From an uncultured Acidimicrobiaceae bacterium (GTDB lineage: Bacteria > Actinomycetota > Acidimicrobiia > Acidimicrobiales > Bog-793), in assembly GCA_963836935.1 (NCBI GenBank), contig CAWILM010000011.1, forward strand, positions 6,815 through 70,814: DNA of 64,000 bases, read 5' to 3'. Under the pieces are notes generated by a model. The model worked only from the letters and a program-made list of their open reading frames with translations, ran no database searches and was not told the DNA's origin. Positions 1 to 9,116 of this stretch are shown here, piece by piece. Made by a program: the position numbers and the translations under genes. Within the stretch, counting starts at the first letter, position 1, and each line of letters starts with the position of its first letter.

Positions 1-1144
1 AGTCGTAGACACTGATCAGTCTGTACTCGTCGTTGTCAGTAAAGGATCGTCTTCGGAGGCACGTAAGCGGTCGCCGTCGTGGCAGCTCCTTCGAAGCACG
101 CGTCGCGTGCGCGAGGTACGGACCAACATTCGCCTTGTTTATGAAGCCAAGACCGGTGTCGGTGTCACACGGCTTCATCAGACCAGCCGAGATGTTGTAC
201 AGGAACAGCTGGATGACAGGCACGAAGCCCTGCAGGTAGGCCTGCTGGTCGATCGAGAACATGAGGGCTCCGCTCTTGACGCCGTCGAGCACAGGGAGGC
301 TGACGTCCCATCCCGAGCCGCCCGTGATCCCGTGCAGGTGGTTCTTCGTGATGCAGTCTGCGACCGCCTCCGAGTCACCGTTGTCGACTGAGTACAGGAA
401 CTTCACGTCCTTGTGGCCTTCCCACCACGCCTGGACCGCCGTGATCTCGGCCGGAACGAGCGCGCCACCGGCAACGACCTCGGTGACCATGCCTGCCTTC
501 TGGAAGATCGGCAGAGCGCCGTTGATCCGGGGCTGGATGTTGCCCGTGCCCGGGGTCGCGATCACCATTCCGATGAGGGCTCCCTTCTTGAGGGTCGCTA
601 CGATCAGCTCCGCTGCAGCGGCACCTGCGGTGAGGTTGCTCTGTCCGACGTAGCACATCCGGTTGTTCCCTGGCTCGTCGGCGTTGTACGCGATAACCGG
701 AATGCCGATTGTGAGGGCCCGGTCGACCGGGGTATTGAAGGCTGTCGGGTCGATGAGGGTGGTGGCGATGCCGTTCACCTTCCCGGCGATCGCGACGTCG
801 ATCGCGTTGACCATGTCCGAGACTGCCGAGACCGTCGAGCCCGCCCACTGTGGGGTGGGGATCCCCAGGATTCTGGCGGCGTCCTGCAGCCCATAAACGG
901 TGGCCGTGAAGAACGGGTTCGTCGTCACGTGGTTGACGAATGTGAACTTGTACGCCGGGTGACTAGCGAACAGCGGGTGCGACTCGTCGCGGTAGGTCTG
1001 CGCCGCCGCCCCCCGTTCACCCAGAACTTCAGCCAAACCGCCGAGGAAGGGCACGGATGCGACCATGCCGGCGTTGCGCAGGAACCGGCGCCTCGATACT
1101 TCGTACTTTCTTGGGTCTGCTTTTTCGGGTGCAAAATTCGCCAT
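1..1144 (-). CDS. Sugar ABC transporter substrate-binding protein (periplasmic binding protein type I); C-terminus at or beyond window edge
   Basis: This ORF is absent from the supplied track because it has no in-window stop. Reverse-strand translation from ATG (1144-1142) gives MANFAPEKADPRKYEVSRRRFLRNAGMVASVPFLGG (a twin-arginine signal). It continues with FTFVNHVTTNPFF..IAYNADEPGNNRMCYVGQSN..MVIATPGTGNIQPRING, typical of ribose/xylose-type binding proteins. The frame stays open to position 2. The last ~35 aa look unnatural, so the true end is uncertain. Confidence 0.6.
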   Translation of the reverse strand, partial: MANFAPEKADPRKYEVSRRRFLRNAGMVASVPFLGGLAEVLGERGAAAQTYRDESHPLFASHPAYKFTFVNHVTTNPFFTATVYGLQDAARILGIPTPQWAGSTVSAVSDMVNAIDVAIAGKVNGIATTLIDPTAFNTPVDRALTIGIPVIAYNADEPGNNRMCYVGQSNLTAGAAAAELIVATLKKGALIGMVIATPGTGNIQPRINGALPIFQKAGMVTEVVAGGALVPAEITAVQAWWEGHKDVKFLYSVDNGDSEAVADCITKNHLHGITGGSGWDVSLPVLDGVKSGALMFSIDQQAYLQGFVPVIQLFLYNISAGLMKPCDTDTGLGFINKANVGPYLAHATRASKELPRRRPLTCLRRRSFTDNDEYRLISVYD

Positions 1145-1485
1145 ATGAAAGTCCTCTCTCGTTGGTGATTACCTGTGCAGCCTCGTTGCACTCCCTAGGG
1201 ATCGCAGCGTGAATGCAACATGTCGACCGGACAAAGCCGCCTACGTGGATCTCCTTTCTCGTGGCTACAGACCTAGGGCCAGGCCGGCACTCGCACACCT
1301 CCTGGTCGCGCAAACCCGACAAGTGCTGACTGGCCGTTCATCTCCTGAAATCAGTGCCACCTAATCTTGACGGAACTGCCGCACGTAACCATAATGCAAC
1401 ACGATGTGCCTAGCAAGGAATACTAGTGCCACGCCGAGTGGTGTCAACGAACAGGCGCCGCGCCTGTGAGCAGAGCGAGCTGAAC

Positions 1486-2764
1486 GACTAAGGGCTCACC
1501 GCACGTTTGAGTGAGCAGTCTTCGGGGTGAGCGTGTAGTTCCAGTCCCCGTGGAACTCGTGCCGGGTGAGGGGCAGGGCGGCGAGTTCCTTGTCGGAGAT
1601 CTTGACCCCCGTCTCGTAGTAGCCCTCGTCCCGTTCGGCGCGGATGCGCAGTCCCTTCTTCGTCGTGGTGGCGGCGATCAGCTCGACGATGGTCCGGTAG
1701 GACTCGAGCGGCCGTCCACGCCAGTTCATCGAGATGAAGCTGAACATGCGGTGCTCGATCTTGTTCCACTTCGAGGTGCCGGGCGGGTAGTGGCAGACCG
1801 TGATCTCAAGGCCGGTCTCCTCGGCCAGGCGGGCGAAGCTCTTTCTTCCAGGCACGAACCCGGTAGCCGTTCGAGCCGCCGGCATCCGCGGTGATGAGCA
1901 AGCGTGTGGCGTCGGGGAAGCGGGGCCTTCCCATCGAATACCACCAGCGTCGGATCGTCTCGACGGCGAATTCGGCCGTGTCGGCCCGGTTGCCGACCGA
2001 GACCCAGCCCTCGTCGTTGGCGAGGTCATCGACCCCGTAGGGAACGGCCCGTCCGAGCTTTCTGTCGACGAAGTCGTGCGTGCGCACCCTCGTCGGCTCG
2101 CCCGTCGGGTGCCACTCGGTCCCGGTGTTCTTGAACTCCCCGACAAGCTCCTTCTTCTTCGTGTCGACGCTGATGACCGGCTGGTCGTCGTTCACGAAGG
2201 CGGTCGCCTGCTCGTTCAGGTAGGAGAACTGGGCGTCCCGGTCGGGATGAGCGGTGCCCTCCTTCTCCTTGGCGGGCGCCTGCAGGCTGTAGCCGAGCGA
2301 CTTCAAGATCCGTCCGACGGTGTCGTCGGAGACCTTGAAGCCCTTTGCGACAAGGGCATCGGCGAGATGGCGCGTCGACTTGGAGGTCCAGCGCAAAAGC
2401 GACATCGGATTGCCGCGGGTGTCGGGATGCACGATCTCGTCCAACGCCTCGACCAGTCCGGGCTGCTTGTCGATGAGAGGACGGTCACCACCGCCCAGAG
2501 CACGCAGGCGTTCGGAGGGCTCGATGCCGGAGGCGACCTCGCGTTCGGCCTTGATGACGGTGTTGCGGCTCATGCCCGATGCCACCGCGACAGCGCTCTT
2601 GCCTCCCCGGCCGAGCATCTCTGAGGCGGCACCGGCCACGACCCGGCGCTGGCGCTCGTTCAGGTGAGGGAGGACGACCTCGAAGAATCGCGCGAGTTCC
2701 TCAGGTCCGACCTCCACGTCCTCACAATACTACGCGCGTACTAACTTGCGGTGGACCCTAAGTC
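1486..2764 (-). mobile_element. ISAzo13-family insertion sequence (~1.28 kb) with imperfect terminal inverted repeats
   Basis: The termini are GACTAAGGGCTCACCGC (1486-1502) and the reverse complement of GCGGTGGACCCTAAGTC (2748-2764); they match at 14 of 17 positions. They enclose both transposase frames, and the right end directly abuts a broken alcohol dehydrogenase gene. Confidence 0.65.
1496..2717 (-). CDS. ISAzo13-family DDE transposase, split into two frames by an apparent 1-nt frameshift
   Basis: ORF 1806-2717 (..VISVDTKKKELVGEFKNTG..LITADAGGSNGYRVRAWKKEL) continues in ORF 1496-2146 (FARLAEETGLEITVCHYPPGTSKWNKIEHRMFSFISMNWRGRPL). Together they reconstitute the single-ORF ISAzo13-type transposase. 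The frame change lies in the A-rich run GGAAGAAAGAGC near 1840-1850. Confidence 0.75.
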
Positions 2765-3304
2765 AAGCGGCCGACGCCGCCCACGCCTAAGACGGCGACC
2801 TCATGATCCGGGCGAAAGACCGGCCTTCACCGCTGCTCCGTATGCAGCTAGGCCGGGGCAGAACAGCGGCGCTGCGTCGGCGTCGCCGAGGGTTTCGGGC
2901 ACCGGATAGACGTGCTCGGCGGTGGCGAGCACGTACTCGGTGAATCCGCCGTCGATCGTCTCGTCGGCCATCTTCTTGTTGGAACAGAGGTTCTCGTGCG
3001 CCGTGAGGCAGTAGGAACAGCTTCCGCAGCAGGACCAGAGAGGTTGAATTCCGACCCTTTGGCCCAGGGCCAGTTCCTCGACGCCCGGGCCGACCACCTC
3101 GTGCCCAGGGATGATCGGGAGCATCGAAGGCACGCCGCGGCCCGCCCACTCGCCTTCGATCATGTGAAGCTGCGAATGACAGAGGCCGCAGGCATGGACG
3201 CGGATCAAGATCCGGCCGAGAGCCGCGGTGGGCTCGGCGCGCTCACGCAGCTGGACGGGAGACTGCTCGAGTGGGGCCAACGACTCCAGGACCATCGCTT
3301 TCAT
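2765..3304 (-). pseudogene. Zinc-dependent alcohol dehydrogenase (MDR family), N-terminal fragment, frameshifted and truncated by the IS
   Basis: ORF 2801-3304 reads MKAMVLE..RVHACGLCHSQLHMIEGEW..IIPGHEVVG..CGSCSYCLTAHENLC, which covers the GroES-like domain and the zinc ligands. After a 1-nt shift near 2800 the reading continues PDHEVAVLGVGGVGRL, the start of the Rossmann GxGxxG motif. It stops exactly at the IS end (2764). I see no continuation on the other side of the IS (1170-1485 is lower-GC and non-coding-like). Confidence 0.7.
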
Positions 3305-3401
3305 CTCGTCCTCGCCTTCATGTCAGCCCCCGTCGAAACCACGTGCGACTTGACGTGGGTGGTTGCCCATTCTGTCCCACAGGTGACCGGCGAGACTGAG
3401 A

Positions 3402-4568
3402 TCAGGCGACCCTGGAGGCTCCGTCACAGGCCACGATCTCGATGGTCTGCGGAAGGCTGTAACCCCGCGCGGCGAAGGCCTTTGCGATAGCCGTCACGAC
3501 TGCTTCGGCTCTAGTAAGCCCGACGAGCACGACCGCCGAACCTCCGAAGCCGCCACCCGTCATTCGCGCGCCGAGCGCCCCGCTTTCCACCGCGACATCC
3601 ACGACCGTGTCGAGTTCGTCGCAGGAGACCTCGTAATCGTCGCGCAGCGAGCGGTGGCCCGCGCTCAGCACCGGGCCGACCTCGGCGGGTTGGCCGGACT
3701 CGAGGAGCCGGACCACCTCGAGCACGCGGCTCTGCTCGCTTATCACATGCCGAGCCCGTCTCCGCACCACGTCGTCGGCGATCCGCGCGAGGGCGGTATC
3801 CATGGTCTCCGGCGCGACATCCCGCAGCGCCGCGACCCCGAGTTCCTCGGCGGCTCGGCGGCAGTCGCGGACGCGATCGGCGTAAGCCGAGTTGCCGAGG
3901 GCGTGTTTGACCCCGGTGTTCACGACGAGAAGAGTCAAGCCGGCGGGCGCGAGGTCGAGGGGTACCTGTCGCACCTCGAAGGTGCGCGTATCGAAGAACA
4001 GGGCATGGCCGGACCGGCACAACAACGAGGCAGTCTGGTCCATGATTCCCGTGGGCACGCCCACGTACTCGTTCTCCGCACGCTGGGCAACCAGTGCGAG
4101 TTCCTGCCGGGAGAACGGCAAGTCGTAAAGGTCGTGCAGCGCCAACGCGACCGAGCACTCGAGCGCAGCCGACGACGAGAGGCCGGCACCGATTGGAACG
4201 TCACTGTCGATGAACAGCTCGACGCCCGCGAGCTCGGCGCCAGCCTCTCGCAGCGCCCAGACGACGCCGAAGACGTATGAAGCCCACCCGTTGTTCGTCC
4301 CAGGTTGCAGCTGGGCAAAGGGGACCTCGACGACCGACGACTCGCCAGACTCCGAGCGCTGGGCGGAGGCGACTCTCACGAGATCGTCGTCGCGACGCGC
4401 GGCGTAAGTCTGAGCGGCGAAGGGAAGTGCGAGCGGCAGCACGAACCCGTCGTTGTAGTCCGTGAACTCACCGATCAGGTTCACCCGACCGGGTGCCGAC
4501 CAGACCCCTTCCGGGGGACGGTCGAAGACGTGGCGGAATCCCGCGCCGGAGGGCGCATGTGGGCTCAC
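3402..4568 (-). CDS. galK: Galactokinase
   Basis: It carries the GRVNLIGEFTDYNDGFVLPLAL signature and the GHMP kinase motif PIGAGLSSSAALE. A GTG at 4568 overlaps the galE stop as GTGA, so I prefer it to the ORF-track start at 4595. Confidence 0.85.
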   Translation of the reverse strand: MSPHAPSGAGFRHVFDRPPEGVWSAPGRVNLIGEFTDYNDGFVLPLALPFAAQTYAARRDDDLVRVASAQRSESGESSVVEVPFAQLQPGTNNGWASYVFGVVWALREAGAELAGVELFIDSDVPIGAGLSSSAALECSVALALHDLYDLPFSRQELALVAQRAENEYVGVPTGIMDQTASLLCRSGHALFFDTRTFEVRQVPLDLAPAGLTLLVVNTGVKHALGNSAYADRVRDCRRAAEELGVAALRDVAPETMDTALARIADDVVRRRARHVISEQSRVLEVVRLLESGQPAEVGPVLSAGHRSLRDDYEVSCDELDTVVDVAVESGALGARMTGGGFGGSAVVLVGLTRAEAVVTAIAKAFAARGYSLPQTIEIVACDGASRVA

Positions 4569-5521
4569 GTCTGGCTCCGTTGGAGGAAGCGCCACGCGCC
4601 ATCGACCATCTCTTCGAGCGCAGGAGCGCCCGGCTTCCAGCTCAGCTCCCGGCGGGCGCGCGTGGAAGAAGCGACAAGGACGGCGGGGTCCCCCGGGCGG
4701 CGCGCCGTCACGCGTTCACTCATTTGCAGCCTGGTCACACTGCGGGCGGCGGCGATGACCTGGCGGACGGAGAAGCCTTCGCCGTTGCCGAGGTTATAAG
4801 CACGCCACGTGCCCGGTGCGGCCGCACCGAGTGCCAGCAAGTGAGCATCCGCGATGTCGATGACGTGAATGTAGTCACGTATGCAGGTCCCGTCAGGTGT
4901 CGGGTAGTCGTCGCCGAAGACGTCGACCGGGCGGCCTTCCAGAGCTGCTCGCAGGGTCAGCGGTATGAGGTGGGTTTCAGGATCATGCCTCTCGCCAAAG
5001 GTGGCGTGGGACCCGGCGACGTTGAAGTAGCGCAGGCTCACGGCAGCGATACCGTGCCGGGCCGCTTCCTCGGCGAGCATACGGTCGACGGCGAGTTTGG
5101 ACGCACCGTAGGGATTGAGGGGTTCGGTGGGGGCGTCCTCCTCGATCGGCACCCGAGCCGGCTCGCCGTAGACGGCCGCCGAGGAGGAGAAGACGATCTT
5201 GGGGACCCCGCCTTTATGCAGCGCCTCGAGAAGATGCCGCGTGCCGGCGACGTTGTTCGTCTCGTACTTTTGAGGATCGGTGACCGACTCGGCGACGAGC
5301 GAAGATGCCGCCAGGTGGACGACGCCATCGAACGCCCGCAGATCGAGCGTGCTCGAAACCTGCTGCACTCTGCCGCGCACGAACCGGGCACCGTCGGGGA
5401 CAGCGTCACGATGTCCCGTCGAAAGGTCATCGACGACTGTGACTTCGTGCCCGGCCCCTAGGAGCCTGGCTGCGACAACGCTTCCGATATAGCCGGCACC
5501 ACCCGTGACGAGGACGTTCAT
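4565..5521 (-). CDS. galE: UDP-glucose 4-epimerase
   Basis: It begins MNVLVTGGAGYIGS (an NAD Rossmann motif) and contains YGASKLAVDRML (YxxxK). The length and overall pattern fit GalE. The start is taken at the internal ATG 5521 rather than 5539. Confidence 0.85.
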   Translation of the reverse strand: MNVLVTGGAGYIGSVVAARLLGAGHEVTVVDDLSTGHRDAVPDGARFVRGRVQQVSSTLDLRAFDGVVHLAASSLVAESVTDPQKYETNNVAGTRHLLEALHKGGVPKIVFSSSAAVYGEPARVPIEEDAPTEPLNPYGASKLAVDRMLAEEAARHGIAAVSLRYFNVAGSHATFGERHDPETHLIPLTLRAALEGRPVDVFGDDYPTPDGTCIRDYIHVIDIADAHLLALGAAAPGTWRAYNLGNGEGFSVRQVIAAARSVTRLQMSERVTARRPGDPAVLVASSTRARRELSWKPGAPALEEMVDGAWRFLQRSQT

Positions 5522-5881
5522 GTGGTCAGCCCGGGGCACCCAGAGCCCGCCCGCCGAGTGGACGGGCCGCCGTGCGTCTCAACGGGCGCACGCCAACGAG
5601 GAGCTGCCGGTCCGCGTTGCCCGCACCGCGTAGATACTAGTTATTGCCGTGACTGCAGATCGCAAACTCGTTCGTGGTAACCGGGAGCTTCGGTGCCGTC
5701 TCCTGACTGCGTGCCCGGCGGGCACCGCGGGCGCACGGGACGCCGCGCGCCTAGGCAGCACAGGTTGGCCGCCTGGTCTAGCCACCGGGGCGCTTCCCTT
5801 CGTCTCGCGAGGATGCCGACCAGCGCCTTTTCGGGCGCGTCTTTGCGTAATCCGAGGAGCTCCGAGACGGGAGGAGCGGCG

Positions 5882-8036
5882 ATGACGCGACTTGTTTTCG
5901 GTCGGCTTCTCGTCGGGATGACTGCCTTCGCGGCGATCGCGTGCCCGGCAGTCGGCGGGGCACAGCCGGCATCTGTGTCTGCACCGGCCGCCAGCGTTGC
6001 GGCGGCCTGGTCCCGGGGGGAGACGATCGATCCTTTCACGGGCGGGCCATCCGCTGTCTCTTGTCCTACCGCGCGGTTCTGCGCAGCCGTGGACTCGAGC
6101 GGCACCGTCCTTGTCTACGATGGCAAGTCATGGTCGAAGCCGGCCAGCATCGACCCGGCCGGAGGGGGGCTCACATCGATTTCCTGCCCGACGACGAGCT
6201 TCTGCGCGGCCGTGGACGAGAACGACAATGCTCTCATCTATGACGGCAGCTCGTGGTCGAAGCCGGTCGACATCGACTCGAGAGGATTCAGCCTGGCATC
6301 CGTCTCCTGCGCGACGGCGACGTTCTGCATCGCCGTGGACCGGGGCGGTTTCACGGTCACATACAACGGCAGGTCATGGGTGGGACTGCGCTACGTCGAC
6401 ACAGGCGGATTGGGACTGGACACAGTGTCTTGCCCGAGGACGAACTTCTGCGTTGCCGTCGACGCGGCCGGCAACGCCCTCACCTACAACGGCACGTCCT
6501 GGTCGACACCGACCAACGTGGACTCACGCGGCTACTACGTGAGCTCGATCTCCTGTCCGACGTCGCAGTTCTGTGTCGCAGTGGACGAGGGTGGCAGCGC
6601 CCTCATGTACACATCGGGATCGTGGTCTGCCCCTTACTCCGTCGACTCGGACGCCGGCATTCTCGTGTCCGTCTCCTGTCCCAAGGCGAGCTTCTGCGCG
6701 GCGATGGACGAGGCTGGCAACGAACTCACCTATGTCGGCAGGTCGTGGTCGAAGCCGGTCAAGATCGACTCGGGTGGATTCCGGCCGGGCTCGATCTCTT
6801 GCCCGACGGCAAGCTTCTGTGCTGCGGTGGACTCGAACGGTGACGTCCTCACCTACAGTCGCGCAGGGTGGTCGCTGCCCCTCGGCATCGATGCGGCCGG
6901 AGGAGGCCTCGTCTCGGTCTCATGCCCGACGGAGGGCTTCTGTTCGGCCGTGGACCTCCACGGCTACGTCGTCACCTTCAACGGCACGAGTTGGTCGTCT
7001 CCCCTCAGCGTTGACCCGTCCGGAGGCGGGCTCACCTCTGTCGCGTGCTCGACGGCACGCTTTTGCGTAGCTGTGGACCATGACCTCAACGCCTTCACCT
7101 ACGTGGGCACGACCTGGTCCAAGCCGGTGGCCATCGACCCGGGGGGAGGCGGTCTCACCTCTGTCACCTGCCCATCGGCGAGCTTCTGTGCGGCCGCGGA
7201 CAAGGCCGGCAGAGTTCTCACGTACAAGAAGAGCTCCTGGTCGCCGCCATTGCGGGTGGATCCGAACGGAGGCGGACTCACCTCCATCGCCTGTCCGGCA
7301 GAGACCTTTTGTGCCGCCGTGGATCGCCGGGGCGAGGTCGTCACCTACAACGGCAGAACGTGGTCATCCCCGCTCGGCATCGACCCCGGTGGGGGTGGGA
7401 TGAGCTCGGTCTCGTGCCCCACCGCGAGGTTCTGCGTCGCGGTCGACCGTAGTCTCCACGCCGTCGCCTACGAAGGCAGGACTTGGTTGCCGCCGGGCAC
7501 GATCGACCCACGCGGGGGCGGGTTGACGTCGATCTCCTGCCCGACGACGAGGTTCTGCGTCGCCGTGGACTTCGATGGTGACGCGCTCACATATGGCTCG
7601 GGCCGCTGGTCGTCACCCGACGACATCGACCCGGGCGTCCCCCTGGAATCCGTCTCGTGCTCGTCGGAGGTCTCGTGCATCGCGGTGGACTTCACCTCCA
7701 CGTTCCAGTGGCTCCCACCGACGACGACCGCCATCACCGCGGTCACCCGTCGTCCAGTCGCGGGTCGGCTGGTCTCCGTCCGAGTACAGGTCAGTGGATT
7801 GACCAGGAACGCGAGGTCGGCAACCCCGACTGGGAAGGTCACTGTCACCGACGGGAGGAGGAACTGTCTGGCAGCGCTCGAGGGATCGCACGGGATAGCG
7901 ACCGGCACGTGCGCGCTGACGCGAAAAGAGGACGGGCACGTATCTCCTGAGAGCGCGCTATCCGGGCGACAAGCGCTTCGGGTCCAGCTCCACTCACCGG
8001 GCCACGCCGATCACGATCAGCCAGGCCGTTGCGTAG
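5882..8036 (+). CDS. Secreted protein with 14 tandem ~41-aa Cys-x5-Cys repeats (unassigned beta-propeller-like repeat) and a C-terminal Ig-like (Big_3-type) module; needs a +1 frame correction near 7920-7932
   Basis: ATG 5882 gives MTRLVFGRLLVGMTAFAAIACPAVGGAQP, a signal peptide and possible lipobox. Fourteen units of S[VI]SCPxxxFCxAVDxxGxxxxYxGxxWSxPxxID(P)xGGGL follow. In the ORF-track frame the tail after ~7930 is R/S/P-rich nonsense that runs into the next gene. The +1 frame is open from 7920 and reads RTGTYLLRARYPGDKRFGSSSTHRATPITISQAVA*, with the stop at 8034-8036. That matches the C-terminal module GTYRLVAAYRGSADFNGSTS of the protein at 31587-34274. Confidence 0.6.
6050..7710 (+). repeat. 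14 diverged in-frame tandem coding repeats (period ~123-129 bp)
   Basis: I counted the repeats from the translated sequence. Each unit has the invariant SC..(x5)..FC..AVD and W(S) positions. The copies are diverged at DNA level, so this is an old expansion. Confidence 0.8.
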
Positions 8037-8249
8037 ACCGGGGGACTGTTGGCACGCGCGCTCCATGGCAGGCGGTCCGCTGGCCGATCGCCTTTCGCTT
8101 TCCGGCTTCACGCCCATCGGGAGGGTCACCATCAGCGAGCCGCGAACGGAGCGGCAAGCGGGGAAATCTACAGGCTAGGGCTACGCTGCGCTCGTGGCGG
8201 CCGAAAGAGTCGCAGCCGTCATGTCCCACCAGGAAGGTGAGGTCGTCAC

Positions 8250-9116
8250 GTGAAGATTGGCGTCGTCTTCCCCCAGACCGAGATCGGCGCGGATCGGGGA
8301 GCAGTTCGCGGCTACGCCGAGGCCGTCTCGGAGCTCGGTTATCACCACATCCTTGCCTATGACCACGTGGTCGGGGCCGACCCACGGGTGCACACGGGCT
8401 GGAACGGCCCCTACGACCTGCACAGCACGTTTCACGAGCCGTTCGTTCTCTTCGGCTACTTGGCTGCCATTGCGCCTCTCGAGCTGGTCACCGGGATCGT
8501 GATCCTTCCGCAACGGCAAACGGCGCTCGTCGCTAAACAAGCGGCTGAAGTCGACTTGCTCTCGGGGGGTCGCTTCCGTCTCGGCGTCGGGATCGGCTGG
8601 AATGCCGTCGAGTACGAGGCTCTCGACAAGGAATTCTCCAACCGCGGCCGACGGATCCCCGAGCAGGTCGAGCTGATGCGGCGTCTGTGGACCGAAGAGT
8701 CAGTGACTTTCGAGGGCAAGTTCGAGACGGTCACCGGCGCGGGCCTTGCTCCCTTACCGATCCAGCGGCCGATCCCAATCTGGTTCGGGGCCACCTCGAT
8801 TCCGGCATTGCGGCGCGTCGGTCAGCTCGCGGAGGGCTGGTTCCCGCTTTTCGCCCCCGGGCCACGGCTCGACGAGGCGCTCACCACGATCGAGACGGCG
8901 GCACTGAAGGCGGGGCGGGAGCCCGCGGCAATTGGGATGGAGGGTTTCATCGACCTCGGCCCGGACAATCTCGGAGATCTCGAGCAGCAGGTCGCCAGTT
9001 GGAGAAGTCTCCGGGCAACGCACGTGTCACTCAACACGATGAGGCAGGGGCTCAGGACCGTGGACGAGCACGTGGCGCTCCTGGCCGCTGCCGCCGGGGC
9101 CCTCCTGGACAAGTGA
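8250..9116 (+). CDS. LLM-class (luciferase-like) F420-dependent oxidoreductase
   Basis: It begins MKIGVVFPQTEIG and contains LGYHHILAYDHVVGADP, LVTGIVILPQRQTALVAKQAAEVDLLSGGRFRLGVGIGW and PIWFG. This is the typical TIGR03619-like LLM pattern. The start is GTG. Confidence 0.75.
   Translation: MKIGVVFPQTEIGADRGAVRGYAEAVSELGYHHILAYDHVVGADPRVHTGWNGPYDLHSTFHEPFVLFGYLAAIAPLELVTGIVILPQRQTALVAKQAAEVDLLSGGRFRLGVGIGWNAVEYEALDKEFSNRGRRIPEQVELMRRLWTEESVTFEGKFETVTGAGLAPLPIQRPIPIWFGATSIPALRRVGQLAEGWFPLFAPGPRLDEALTTIETAALKAGREPAAIGMEGFIDLGPDNLGDLEQQVASWRSLRATHVSLNTMRQGLRTVDEHVALLAAAAGALLDK

Noticed and set aside
5693-5881. The ORF-track start at 5693 for the repeat protein, and the start at 37226 for the acyl-CoA synthetase.
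   Set aside because: The N-terminal extensions are R/P/S-rich and lack family similarity. Internal ATGs (5882 and 37673) give a proper signal peptide and a proper CoA-binding N-terminus respectively.
8037-8362. Overlap of the long repeat-protein ORF with the start of the F420-type oxidoreductase, considered as possibly meaningful.
   Set aside because: It is explained by the uncorrected frameshift at ~7925. The corrected protein stops at 8036.
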